From: Felis catus
Taxonomy: Eukaryota
Assembly: GCF_018350175.1 (NCBI RefSeq)
Contig: NC_058373.1
Location: 103,852,001 to 103,916,000, forward strand
DNA length: 64,000 nucleotides
Direction: 5' to 3'
How positions within the stretch are numbered: the stretch's first letter is position 1; each line of letters begins with the position of its first letter. The notes under the pieces are model-generated. The model made no database searches, was not told the DNA's origin, and worked only from the letters and a program-made list of their open reading frames with translations. Positions 12,010-24,019 of this stretch are shown piece by piece. The translations under genes were made by a program, and so were the position numbers.

Positions 12010-12235
12010 AATAACAGCTAACACTTATTGAGCCCCTTATATATGCCAGACACTGTTCTAAGTGTCTTACATGTCATTATCTCATCTGATTCCGACAATA
12101 ACTCTCTGCAGTAAGTGCTCTAATTATTTCCATTTTACAGCTATGAAATTGAGGCCGGGAGAGGTGAAGGCTTTCAGCAGTAGGCCTGGGATTCTGCCCT
12201 TGGCAGTCTGACTCCGGAGCTGTCATGCCATCCAG
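12010..12235 (-). mobile_element. MIR
   Basis: AATAACAGCTAACACTTATTGAG...CCATTTTACAG...GAAATTGAGGC...GGCAGTCTGACTCC. Confidence 0.9.
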
Positions 12236-12729
12236 TATGTCATTCTACCTTAAAGGCAGTGGATCCCTTGCTTGTCATTTTCCTCTAGATTTATAGCACG
12301 GTTTTTGCCACAGGTGACGGCATAGATTTGCATTTCCTAATGAAAGAGCAAGTGAAGTTAAATCACAAACAAGAGAATGCCTGAAAAGTATGATGTTCAA
12401 AAAACCGCACAGAGTTTGTGCCTTTTCCCTGATTGCCTGCTAGCACATTGCTTGCTGTAGGGAAGAAAGTACAGCCTAACAGTGCTAGATTCTCTATAAG
12501 GCAATTTATTATTTTTTGAAAAGTGATAATGGCCTTGTTTTCATCTTAAGAGTCCAGAGCAGCAAAGGACTGATAGGACCCTAAGAAGCATGCACTCAGC
12601 AAGATTCCCTAAATAGTTCTTTCCCCTCCAGTCCTGACCCAGTAACCTCCGGGCCATTCTATTCCCTGGAATCTCCTGTATAGGGCCCCAAAGAGTATGC
12701 TGATGCCTGCAACATCCTTTTAGGATTTG

Positions 12730-12863
12730 AAGACCTGTAGACAAATGGCTCCTGGGGACAGGGAACATATCAAAACGTAATCCTTACTCATAACAGAATT
12801 GAGTTTGGTGTGAACCCAGCAATCAGGGAATGAAAGGTGAGTGCATTAACCTACCATGTTATC
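12730..12863 (-). mobile_element. Ancient tRNA-derived SINE relic (MamSINE1/LF-SINE-like head)
   Basis: Reverse strand GATAACATGGTAGGTTAATGCACTCACCTTTCATTCCCTGATTGCTGGGTTCACACC resembles the recalled MamSINE1 head. Confidence 0.55.
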
Positions 12864-14129
12864 TGTATAGGAGTTTTATATCTTAAATGGAACAGACATC
12901 CCTGCAAAACAATGACGGACCGAGATTAATGAGTTACAGGTGACCCTCAGACACGGGAAGGTTGACTTTGGATAAGCACCCACAAAGGTCAAGTGCTTAT
13001 CTGAATTAACCACAAGTCTTGGATCTGGGGTAAAAATAAAGGACGAGAAATACCCCAGGGAGAGGCTTTCTTCAACCTGAGTTTTGTGTTCTTTCTTACC
13101 TTCTGCTAAATTCTGCATTGGATTGGACCAGCCCTTTTCCACACACATCTCTGGCCTAAGCCAGATCTCAACGTCGTGGAAACAGAACGAAAACCCAGAG
13201 CAATGCTTTTCAGATTTCCAGGGTTTCAGGATGTGTTGTAGACCAATTATTTTTGCTAACATAGAATTGAGTCTTTTTGACAGAGGCTTTTAAGAATGGG
13301 ATGGAATCTTCCCAGCTGTAGTCACTTTTGCCTAGGACTGACTAGAGGATTTGCACGTCTCGTGGTAGAGTGCAAATATATAGTGGCGCTGACAACTTTC
13401 TGTGTTTCTCACTCTCGTCCTTGGGTCAATTTTATTTCCATTTAAGACAATAATTAGTCCCCAGAGCGGTGCTGTATTCCACTTAATGAAAAACACACTT
13501 GACACCCACCTCCCTTAATTAAGCGGAGTTGTATAGCTACCTAGTGTCTCCCCCATAGGGAGTATCTGCTGGGCTCTATCTTAGGACCCTGCCCGGAAGG
13601 TGAGTAGACTGGGAGAGGCCCATGGAGCTGGTGTAGACCCAGCTCAGGCTTCAGGAAGAGTTCTATGTGGAAAGTAGAGTGGTCCTGCAGGAAGGTGAGC
13701 ATCCACTCACCTAATACAAAACACTGGGGCATCTCCGCGGGTGGACAGAATCCTGGTCCAGGTGTGTTGTCAATAATAGAGAAATATAAAGAGACAACTC
13801 TCAAACACCCCCCCCCCCCCCCCCGCAGAACTTGGAATTGAGAGAGAGAAGATGCCCACTGAGAGCAAAATTTTAAAAACAACGACTAAAAATAGAGCAT
13901 AGATATGCAAAAATTTTCTTACACCTCAGATGAGTCCGAAGAAACCTAGGCAAATGCATTAACACATGCAAAGAAAGAATGTGTTAATCAAAGGGGGTTG
14001 GTCAGCCCTGGAAGGTGGTAAAGAGAGAGTTCCTGAGGCCAAGTTAGAGGTGCTGGTCCAAGTTTTGCCCCTGGAAGGCCAGACCTGGCCAAAGTTTTTT
14101 TCAAACCAGGGTAAGCCTCAACTAAACAT

Positions 14130-14870
14130 TTACACAAATTGGTATGGTGTGCTTATAACATGCCAGGCTTGTGTCAGGCTTTGGGAGAAAGTGCCGAGCG
14201 TTGAGACTACCTCTCAAGACAGAAGACTGACCTGAGCTAGGCATCTTATGAAGGAGAGAACATTAAAATAACGAAGGAAACTGTAAACTGAGGACTCTTG
14301 GTCCGAGGAGGAAGTAACTCTAGACTGAAGAAGCTAAGGACTTGTAGGAGTTAAACAGAAGAAGGAGGAGGTATGAGGAGTGTATTTCAAACAGGGCCGG
14401 CGTTTGTTCAGAGCACCAGGCTGAAATGATCTTAGCTTGCAGCGTATTTGAAAGATGGAGGGAGGGCTGGTGTGGCTGGACCCAGGGTGGTTTCAGATAA
14501 TAGATACCACTTCCTGGGCACCTAGTAGGTGCCAGACCGTGTTGAAAGCAGTTTACTCTCCTAATTTCATCACAATCTTATGAAGTAACCGCTATCTCTA
14601 TCCCTATTTTCCTGAAGCAGAAACTATGGCACAATGTAAGTGAATAAACTGCCCGAGCTTGAAAGTAGAGGGAGGGGATTTGAACCATGGAGTGTGGTTG
14701 CAGAAACCTATGTTCTTAACCAGTTCCTACAGTGAAGACAGAGACTGAGCCGTCAGATCGCGTAGGGCCAGTAGCTGGAGGATTTTGCCCTCTTGTGAGA
14801 ACAATGCCCAGTTTGAGAGGAGTGACCTAGTTGAATGTGTGCTTTGAAAAAAATCACTCTGGCTGCAATG
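14130..14870 (-). mobile_element. L2 fragments interrupted by a MIR (about 14500-14730)
   Basis: L2 motifs (GTAGGAGTTAAACAG, ATCACTCTGGCTGCA); MIR core CCCTATTTTCCTGAAGCAGAAACTATGGCAC...GGATTTGAACC. Confidence 0.7.
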
Positions 14871-15855
14871 TGATTAGCTACTATTTTTTAAAAATCTGAT
14901 TATGATTTTGCTTCCTGTGTACGTCTGCAAAGAAAGAGGGAATGCACAGATCATATGAGCAGATCATATGCACAGAATTTTGCTCGCCAAGACAGCCATT
15001 TATTACTATGAATTAATATACTAGCTTTTTAAAATATATGTTCTAGCTTTCGAGCATAACCTGGCTTTTCAAAATTCTTGATGGTAGGCACAGAATATGT
15101 TGTGAGTGTGGCTTTGAGTATTCTACAACTGTTCTTTCTTTCTTTTTTCTTCTTTTTTTTCCACAACGGTTATTTCTTAGTGTAAATTAATAAATTACCC
15201 TGGTTTGATATGTCAGACTCATGAGATAGATGAAGCAGTCTGCCTTAGAATGATTGATTTACTTTCTAAAAATATGAAGTTTCTGATTTGCAATGCTAAG
15301 ATCAGGCTTTGAATAGACTGCAGTAAATTCACCAAAGTAATGACTTTGCCTATGGCTGCTCAGGAGGAAGCAGCCTATGGCTGCTGCCTTTTCCCCAAGG
15401 GTAACATTTGATTACTCACAACAGTCAACATCACTGGGGCTGTGTACAACAGCCACGGGTCCTTCTTTTCTTCCTCCGTCTTCCTCCTCCTCCTCTTCCT
15501 CCTCCTCATAAGACATTCAGAAACCTAGACAGGTAGGCAGTTATTAGGAAAGTCTGCCAGAAGGTGTCATGTTTAGAGCCCTTTGATAGGAACCAACAAG
15601 AACAATTCAGGGACTCAGGCCTTAAGGGATTGTGATATTAGACAGGGAAATAAGAGGGGAACCCACTTAACATAACTAGGGCACAAGACAGAACCTGGAT
15701 CTTGTTTTCACAAAAGGGGTGCAGCGTAAGGGCCATTCAGGCTAGATATATACATCTAGACAACAGTGTAGAGATGGTATATAAAGCTTTGTGACTGATG
15801 AAATCCTCTGTGGCTTGAATGTAGTTAGAGGACAAAAGGGTCAGAACCCTATTTG

Positions 15856-15939
15856 GGGCTCCATCTCACGACTATGAGATCATGACCTGAGTCAAAATCA
15901 GGAATCGGAAGCTTTGTGGACTGAGCCACCCAGGCGCCC
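15856..15939 (-). mobile_element. CanSINE head fragment
   Basis: GAGATCATGACCTGAG...CTGAGCCACCCAGGCGCCC without body or tail. Confidence 0.9.
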
Positions 15940-16369
15940 TGGGAGGAAGGAGTATTGAGGACAGAGGAGGAGGGAATGGTGTAGGACAACAAATGAGAGC
16001 TGAGCAGCATTATTGGTCCGAGGTTATGATGACCAGGAATTTAGAATGAGATCAGCCAGCCTAGTTGTTTGTTTTTCTCCAACATGTTCTGTTCAAGGAT
16101 GCTGACGTGGAATGGACAGAAAGTTGGATTTAAGAAGTTATGAGAATTTACCAGTATGCTCAGAGAGGAGCAAGGAGGATGAGGGTGCTTGCAAGAGAAT
16201 AATAATGGTAATGGATCATGGACTTTAAGCAGGATAAGGAGGAGGAAGGTGAGGACGCAGAGGATGAGGACAGTGACAAGGTGGGAGGGAGCATCAATAG
16301 ATCAATAGATTGTTCTACTGGAGTAAATATGGTATTTCTGGCCTTCATCCTAATAAATCTCTCAAATTT

Positions 16370-16584
16370 GGAGCACCTGGGTGGCTCAGTCGGTTGAATG
16401 TCCAATTCGGCTCAGGTCATGATCTCGTGGTTCATGAGTTCGAGCCCCGTGTCGGGCTCTGTGCTGACAGCTCAGAGCCTGGGAACCTGCTTCCGATTCT
16501 GTGTCTCCCTCTCTCTCTGCCCCTCCCCTGCTCGCACTTTGTCTCTCTCTCAAAAATAAACATTAAAAAAAAAATTTTTTTTTT
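16370..16584 (+). mobile_element. Felid CanSINE
   Basis: TSD TAAATCTCTCAAAT at 16354-16367 and 16585-16598. Confidence 0.97.
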
Positions 16585-16866
16585 TAAATCTCTCAAATGT
16601 TTGACGTTCACATTTCTTTAAATGTTGATGGAGATGACAATAACATCTTTAGTTTTGGGGGAGCCGCGGCTACTCAGTTGGCGCAGTTATTGCTGGGAAG
16701 TAGCTGGCATCAGTGGCTGTTGACAAGAGAGAGGAAAAGCGGAGTGTTAGTTCCTCGTCAAAGGGGAAAGACTGGTGTGGGGTAGGAGGTCTCAGAGTCT
16801 CCAGTCTCTTGAAGTTTATATTCCTAGGATTGTAGGAGGAAGTGTTTAGACTCCAAGCCACCCACC

Positions 16867-16867
<1 letters not shown>

Positions 16868-16908
<41 letters not shown>
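16868..16908. repeat. (CA)n microsatellite
   Basis: About 20 units, directly visible. Confidence 0.98.
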
Positions 16909-16909
<1 letters not shown>

Positions 16910-16991
16910 TTTTCTTCTTTACTAGGAATTAGGATAGTGCCCCATGCCAGAAGTGCCGTCTGTCAATGATTCTTCAAAAGATTTTGGAGAG

Positions 16992-17216
16992 GGGGGCGCC
17001 TGGGTGGCTCAGTCAGTTAAGTGTCTGACTTCGGCTCAGGTCATGATCTCACAGTTCGTGAGTTCGAGCCCCGCGTCGGGCTCTGTGCTGATGCCTCAGA
17101 GCCTAGAACCTGCTTCGGATTCCGTGTCTCCCTCTCTCTCTCTGTCCCTCCCCTGCTCGAGCTCTGTCTCTCTCTCTTTCTCTCAAAAATAAATAAAGAT
17201 TTAAAAAAATTTTTTA
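16992..17216 (+). mobile_element. Felid CanSINE
   Basis: Near-TSD AAAAGATTTTGGAGAG/AAAAGACTTTGGAGAG. Confidence 0.97.
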
Positions 17217-17364
17217 AAAAGACTTTGGAGAGTAAGAGGAAAGCCACAGAGAAGACAAGATAAGGTGAAAAATCAGGACAGGTAGAGGCAGGAGGAAAAG
17301 CTTTTTAAATACAATGCTTTACCTTAGAATTTAGTTTACGGATGATTTCAAGAAATGCGTGTTA

Positions 17365-17586
17365 GAGCAGCACTTGGGGGGCTCAGTCAATTGAGTGTCA
17401 GACTCTTGATCTCAGCTTCGGTCATGATCTCACAGTTCATGGGATTCGCCCCATGTCAGGCTCTGTGCTGACAGTTCAGAGCCTGCTTGCGACTCTCTTT
17501 CTTTCCCTTTTTCTCTGCCCCTGTCCTGCTCATGCTCTCGCTCTCTCTCTCTCTCTCTCTCAAAATAAATAAACTTAAAAAAAAAA
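17365..17586 (+). mobile_element. CanSINE (degenerate head)
   Basis: Body, (CT)n and tail; flanking AAGAAATG repeats. Confidence 0.93.
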
Positions 17587-17804
17587 AGAAATGTATGGTG
17601 GAAGCTTGATAATAATTTCATTAAGGCTATAAGAATGCTCACACATGTCTTTGTGTATTGACTGTAAGATAGGCAGTTATTCCTATAGGCAGAATTCCTT
17701 TGGGAATTCTCATGTTTGTGGATTATTGTCAGCTTCTTGGCCCCTGGTCCCTGGTTCAACCAAGGATACTTGGTAGTTGAGACTTTTAAATCAGGAATGG
17801 GCCT

Positions 17805-18024
17805 TTAATTTTTTTTATTTTTATTTTTTAGATGATTAAAAAAAATTTTTTTTAATGTTTATTCATTGTGGAGAGAGACAGAGCATGAGTGGGGGAGGGG
17901 CAGAGAGACAGGGAGACACAGGATCTGAAGCAGGCTCTAGATGTGGGGCTCGAACCCACAGGCTGTGACATCATGACCGTAGCCAAAGTCAGACGCTTAA
18001 CCAGCTGAGCTACCCAGGCATCCC
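17805..18024 (-). mobile_element. CanSINE with internal deletion
   Basis: TSD AATGGGCCTTT on both sides. Confidence 0.95.
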
Positions 18025-18247
18025 AGAAATGGGCCTTTTAGATCATCTAGACCAATCCTTTCATTTTACAGATGTAAGGAAGACCTAAGACCTACTGAGG
18101 TGAAATCTGTGTTCCCCTATTTTACCATGATGTGGATGCCGTATTCTGGCCTCTGGCTATGATGAAAGCATCCCCTTCTTCCATGCTTCTGTTGGATACT
18201 TGTTCCTCGTCATGGCTGCCCTTGTCCTGTACTAAAAGTATCGTTCC

Positions 18248-18459
18248 GGGGCGCCTGGGTGGCTCAGTCGGTTAAGCGGCCGACTTCGGCTCAGGTCATG
18301 ATCTCGCGGTCCGTGAGTTCGAGCCCCGTGTCGGGCTCTGTGCTGACAGCTCGGAGCCTGGAGCCTGTTTCGGATTCTGTGTCTCCCTCTCTCTGACCCT
18401 CCCCCGTTCATGCTCTGTCTCTCTCTGTCTCAAAAATAAATAAACGTTAAAAAAAAAAA
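18248..18459 (+). mobile_element. Felid CanSINE (young, CpG-rich)
   Basis: Near-consensus; near-TSD AAAAGTATCGTTCC/AAAAGTATAGTTTC. Confidence 0.97.
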
Positions 18460-18472
18460 AGTATAGTTTCTA

Positions 18473-18572
18473 GGGCACCAGGCTGGCTCAGTCCGTAGAG
18501 CATGGCACTTGATCTCAAGGTTGTAAGTTTGAGCCCTGTGTTAGGCATAGAGTTTACCTTAAAAAAAAAAAA
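18473..18572 (+). mobile_element. Short tRNA-Lys-like CanSINE monomer
   Basis: GGCTGGCTCAGTCCGTAGAGCAT...TAGAGTTTACCTTAAAA. Confidence 0.88.
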
Positions 18573-18819
18573 ATAGAGTTTACCCTCAGGTTGAGATGAC
18601 CTCCCTGTGACCCAGGAAACATAAACTTGCTGCTTCCAACACTGTTATACAGAGGATGGAACAAGAAGGTTTGTGTTTTCTTTGCAAGTTGGATACACAT
18701 CTTATTCACAAGAACAATCAGGGACTGAGGTTGAGGGGGGAGAAAGGTTTTCATCCTTCTTTAGAATAATTTTGCAGAAGAGATACAAAAATAATAGCAT
18801 GAACTTTTTTGGAAGAACT

Positions 18820-19075
18820 CGGGTTTTGAACCCTGACAATTATGATGAAAGTTGTACTGAGTCTTACTTTATGAAGGGCAGTGTCGTCTCTCACATCCTG
18901 GTACCACTTATTATGAGATCTTGGGCAAGTTGCTGAAGTTTTTTGGATTTTTTTCCCCCATAGAAAGAAAGGAATATTAATGCCTTTTTTGCATGGTTAT
19001 TTTTGTAAAATATTAAATTTGCTATCATGTAAATATCTCTGGCACATAACAGGTGCTCAGTAAATGTTAATTTGT
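18820..19075 (+). mobile_element. MIR
   Basis: CCACTTATTATGAGATCTTGGGCAAGTTGCT...TGGCACATAACAGGTGCTCAGTAAATGTTA. Confidence 0.75.
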
Positions 19076-19108
19076 TCCTTCTCTTTCCCTCAAGGTTCCT
19101 GAGGTTTA

Positions 19109-19327
19109 TTTATTTATTTATTTAATGTTTTATTTATTTTTGAGATAGAGAGAGACAGAGCATGAACGGGGGAGGGTCAGAGAGAGAGGGAGACACAGAA
19201 TCTGAAGCAGGTTCCAGGCTCTGAGCTGTCAGCACAGAGCCCGACGCGGGGCTCGAACCCACAGACCGTGAGATCATGACCTGAGCCGAAGTCGGCCGCT
19301 CAACCGAAGGAGCCACCCAGGCGCCCC
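19109..19327 (-). mobile_element. Felid CanSINE (young)
   Basis: Perfect 18-bp TSD CAAGGTTCCTGAGGTTTA at 19091-19108 and 19328-19345. Confidence 0.98.
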
Positions 19328-19345
19328 CAAGGTTCCTGAGGTTTA

Positions 19346-22300
19346 AAAATACTTTTCCAGATTTTGAGCCGTTGAAAAATTTCAACGGCAAAGCGAGAAT
19401 GGTTATGATTAAAACCAGTGGATACTGTGTATTCAATTTTGTAATGTAACCTGATACCAACAGCCAAGATCTTTGTCCTGAAGGGGATTTCAATATTCAG
19501 CAAAGTGAGGCTGATTTAATAGCCATTAATTCTGAGGATATGTTCAAGTTCAAAGTCCGTCTGTTATAAAATGTAAATTGCTCTTTTTGTAATGTATTTT
19601 GTATTGGAATTTAGGAACAAATGCTGTCACTTTTCCTTTTCTTTGCACGGGATTGCAGGCGCCTTTATTATCACAGAGCCCTATTATTGTGATACCTCAC
19701 ACAGGAAATGCTCACTCCGACATTAGTTACCAAATTGCTGAAATATCATGTGTTTTCTATTCATTAAAGCCCTAAAGCACTATGTGCAAATTCCCTTACT
19801 TTAATTACACACCTCAGGGATGTGCATGCCAAAAAAGGAGCCAGTCAGACAAAAAGCCGGGTCTTTGCCAAAAAACCCCAGCCCCCTAAACTGGTAAACA
19901 TTTATTTTCAGCTGGGAAATCTGCTATTAATTCATATAGTGACTTTCCCAGCTGAAATAATGAGCCAAGCCAAGTGAACCAAATGTTCGCAGTGAGCAAA
20001 CATGAACAGTGGGGAATCAGCCCATCTCTTATTTACATGTTTGTTCCTTCCTCAGTTAAGAACATTTGAACATTTTCCTTTTACCGGGAAGCATACCAGT
20101 GTTTATGCTTCAAGTGTCTTCGTTTTCAAACAGAGCGCATACACTGTAGACCTAGGGTAGGTGTTTTAAGAATTAAAAGAGAAAAATCACAAAACCAGAT
20201 TATTTATTAGGGCTTACGAACAGAGTCACCCCATCAGCTTCATGGACTTCCCTATCTTGTCGGAGCCCTTCAGAAAAATCAGAATTGGCAAAATAATGAG
20301 CTTTTGAAGGACATGCCATTTTGAAATTTTTGTTTCGACAGAAGTTGACAAAAATTCTAAACTTATAAAGAAAAGAGTTTATTGTTCCACCAAGCAAACT
20401 AGGAATTAAAATACACTGTAAAAGTTTGGTTGTTTTTTTTAACGTTCATGGAGTCTCTTTTCATTTCCACTTAATTACGAAGCTTTAGCATGTGGAAAAT
20501 AAGAAAAGAAATAGTTGTCCACAGGCACCATAGACATATGACCAAAACCAATAATAACTACACCTTGTTGAGGTCTGAATACTCAACAAAATGCACTCAG
20601 ATTCTAGAACAGAAAGTTGCCCTATGTGTATAAAACTTAGAATAAAAAGTGGTTTGGATAGAAGAGCATGCATAAAGGCTTAATGGAAAGCAAAGAAGGA
20701 AGGAGAAACAGTTAAATTAGCACATGAAATAGCAAAGTTCAAGAGTCAAAAAGTCAATATATTGATTAATCCCTGTGATGATGCTGAGTATCTACTCAAC
20801 AGTCAATTAACCATTTAACATTTTTCTTGATATAAAGGACTGTAAAAAAAGGTCCCCACCCCAAACTTATATAAAGATATAATCAATAATTGGAGTTTTA
20901 ATGCCACTTTTGGTATAAGCCCAGGTGCAGAGTTTTTAATCTATTCTCGAAGAATAAAATGCTTTCCATTTCAATGAAGGTGTAATTTTTATTATAACAA
21001 ACATAAGAAAAAGTAGCTTTCAATTCACAGTACTTTAAAATCAAGGTTGACCAGCCCCAAACCTTTTTCCTAAATGAAATTTTTAGCAGATACATGATTT
21101 CTTAGCAATGAATAAATGAATAAAATGTATGAAAAAAAATTTTTTTTGTTCTATAAGAAGAAGCAATGCCCTATTAATTTTGACAGACAACTTGGCATTA
21201 GCCATTTTAAAATCCAACATGGGATAAAGTTATGCATTACTAGTCTCTCTACATTTTTGTCAAGAGATGAACATTTTGCCAGATTTTTAATAATATGCCA
21301 AGAGCTTTGTCAGTCAGTTTATTTAGCCCCGCGTGGTTATGCCAGTTTTTGTCCACCACCCCCACTGGGTGTAACGCTGCCCGTCACAGCTCACAAACCC
21401 CTCCCCTGCAATTAGACAAAGTCAACACGGCGATCACTCCCAACCGCCCTGAGGTACCTGCACTATCAACAGTGCAGATTGAACAAGCTTTGCTTTGTCA
21501 CTGCCTCCCCACCCCAATTAGGACTTTTTTCTGCCCAGGCAATTTAGCACCAACACCAAGGGTGAACCAGATAACTCTTTTAAAAAAGTGTGTTTAAGTC
21601 ATTCTTTTGCCCTTCCCCCCCCCTCCCCCAGCCCAACCCAATCAATTCTTTCTCCACCCCCTTTCACTACTTCCTCCACTGCTATTGCCTCCTGCACCCC
21701 CCTTCCCTAAAAAAGCACTCTCAGAAGGAACTAGTCTGCAAGAAGGCGGCTTGCAGTCCCTAACTAGTTACCATGCCGACTGGAGCCTGTGCTGAGGAAT
21801 GTGCCACTGCCACACGGAACTCAATGAAAAGATGAAGAAAATGTGCAGGCAATACTAGTTTGGCTGGGATGCTGGGGAATCTGAGACAGGGCTGTTGGTA
21901 TGGAAGGATCTCACTGCATGCAATTTGCAAACATGCCAGCTCAGTAGCATGCGATAGGCACTGGATGGAATTTAGAGGTCTTGGAGGCTTCACGGCTGGA
22001 AAGGAATAAGAGAGCTGACTGGGGGGAAATCTGCCCCATGAAACAACCCCTGCCCCTTAGAAATGGAAATATAAGACTTACTATTAAAGTTTATTACTGA
22101 GAATCTGTGGAAAATGCTAAAAGAGATTGATCTTTTTATAAGCCCTCCTTTTCTTAGTCCACTCATTATGCTTCCTTGAGATTTATTTGCACCTCACTTC
22201 TGACTGGCCATAACAGTCTGACTTTCTGTCCTAAAAGTCATCAGCAGAATTCATAGGATACTAGAGCTGTGTGGTCAGGGGATCTGAGGCAGTTGGGGAT

Positions 22301-22860
22301 CATAAACAATATTTCCTGAGCAGTTGCATGAAGGAGAGGACTGCTTTAATTTTGTGTGAAGAAAGGTGGAGGAAGAATGCAGAATTCTGAGAGTTGAAGA
22401 CTTCCGCGGCTTTCCATCTGGATGGAGGCAGATTTGGGTCTCCACTGGGGTACTTCTAGGGAGTCTCCCTTAGTCTGGAGAACTAGGCTACCAGGAGATT
22501 ATTTTTATTTTAGAGGTGCACTTGGGATATTGAGAGTAGATATGGGACCATCCTGAGGGCTAAGTCTACTCCAACAAAATTCTTACCCAAAACACCACTT
22601 CCTGCTCCACATGCGTGTGAACCAGAAACTGCCCTAGGTTTCCTGGAAAGAATAGAGAACATTTTCCAGAATTAGGATGGTTCAGGGTTACTACTTACAC
22701 CTCACACTCAGAGTAGTAACATTTCTTACTTCTTGCCTTTTCAGTCTTCCACATTGATTGGTTCCAAACTGTCCTGCACATCACTGGCAAAATAGTTTTC
22801 CATGCTTGCCAATTCGACCCTGTCTTTTCATTGCCCACAGCCTCCCTATGGCTCCTCATT
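19346..22860. promoter_or_regulatory. Repeat-poor block, candidate enhancer cluster
   Basis: No recognisable SINE/LINE; TGATTTAAT 19512-19520, CTGTCA 19624-19629, TGATTAAT 20763-20770, TGACAG 21181-21186; CpG-retaining stretch 21320-21450. Confidence 0.4.
19899..19962. repeat. Inverted repeat / hairpin with 14-bp perfect core
   Basis: TTTCAGCTGGGAAA (19906-19919) is the exact reverse complement of TTTCCCAGCTGAAA (19944-19957). Confidence 0.95.
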
Positions 22861-22862
22861 GC

Positions 22863-22994
22863 CATGGCAACCACATGTCCTGGATTTTTCAGGACATTTT
22901 GATTTCAAATATTCTGTCATGTGGTCAGACCATGTGTCAGATCATATGCCAAAAGATATGTCCTGATTTGGGTTTTGAAAATATGGTCACCATA
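22863..22994. mobile_element. hAT-Blackjack MITE (MER94-like)
   Basis: Terminal inverted repeats CATGGCAACCA / TGGTCACCATA; internal GATTTCAAATATTCTGTC...GTCAGACCATGTGTC. Confidence 0.75.
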
Positions 22995-23099
22995 CCCCTC
23001 ACTCCCCAGATATGAGTGTTGTCTCTTCTCCCTTTTCTAGCAAACTAGAAAACAGTGCTTCTCTTTTAATATAATAATACCTTATATTTTTACATAATA

Positions 23100-23280
23100 T
23101 TTTGCTGCATGCTCTCACATAATCATCTTGATGGATCCTCTCCTCCGTGTGAACTAAGACAAGGGGAGACATTATTTCAGTTGTATAGATGGGAAGATTG
23201 GGGCACAGAGTAGTGAACCGACATTGTATTATTTCCGCAGTGGCAAAGTGACTAGAATCCCTGCCTCCTGACTCTAATGT
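23100..23280 (-). mobile_element. MIR
   Basis: CATTATTTCAGTTGTATAGATGGGAAGATTGGGGCACAGAG...CTCCTGACTCT. Confidence 0.7.
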
Positions 23281-23647
23281 TTCGTTTTGTTTTGTTTTGT
23301 TTTTTTCACTAACACACTGCTTCCAAATATAAATGCTTTGTCCTCTAGGTTTGTTTGCCATTTTGCCCCTGAAAGACTATCTATCAGGGACCATGTGACT
23401 GTAGATCAATGCTTTCCTGATTTATGCTGCACATCAACTCACGAGGTTGAGGAAGAATTGGGGGAAAGGCTTTAAGGTGAAAGATTGGGGGCTGAGATGT
23501 TGACAACTGACGTCATATATAACTTAAAAATAAAGAGAGAGAAAATGAGAAAAGGGGAGGGGGAGAGAGAGAGATAAAGAGGGAGGGAGGGAGGAAGGAA
23601 GGAAGGGCTATTCTTTATCATTAAAATTTCTCCAAAATGGTATTCTT

Positions 23648-23870
23648 TTTTTTTTTTAATTTTTTTTTCAACGTTTATTTATTTTTGGGACAGAGAGAGA
23701 CAGAGCATGAACGGGGGAGGGGCAGAGAGAGAGGGAGACACAGAATCGGAAACAGGCTCCAGGCTCCGAGCCATCAGCCCAGAGCCTGACGCGGGGCTCG
23801 AACTCACGGACCGCGAGATTGTGACCTGGCTGAAGTCGGACGCTTAACCGACTGCGCCACCCAGGCGCCC
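23648..23870 (-). mobile_element. Felid CanSINE, youngest-type subfamily
   Basis: Diagnostics TCAGCCAGGTCAC, TGGGCTGATGG, TGTCCCAAAA; perfect TSD CCAAAATGGTATTCTT at 23632-23647 and 23871-23886. Confidence 0.98.
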
Positions 23871-24019
23871 CCAAAATGGTATTCTTATGTCAAATTCTCC
23901 CTAGCCAATATGATATATGGTGCTAGACACTATACATAAGAATAAAAAAAGAAAAAAGGGAGGAAAATGCTTGTGATTAGCATAATTGTTTATTTGCATC
24001 CCCAATAATAATTTGACAA

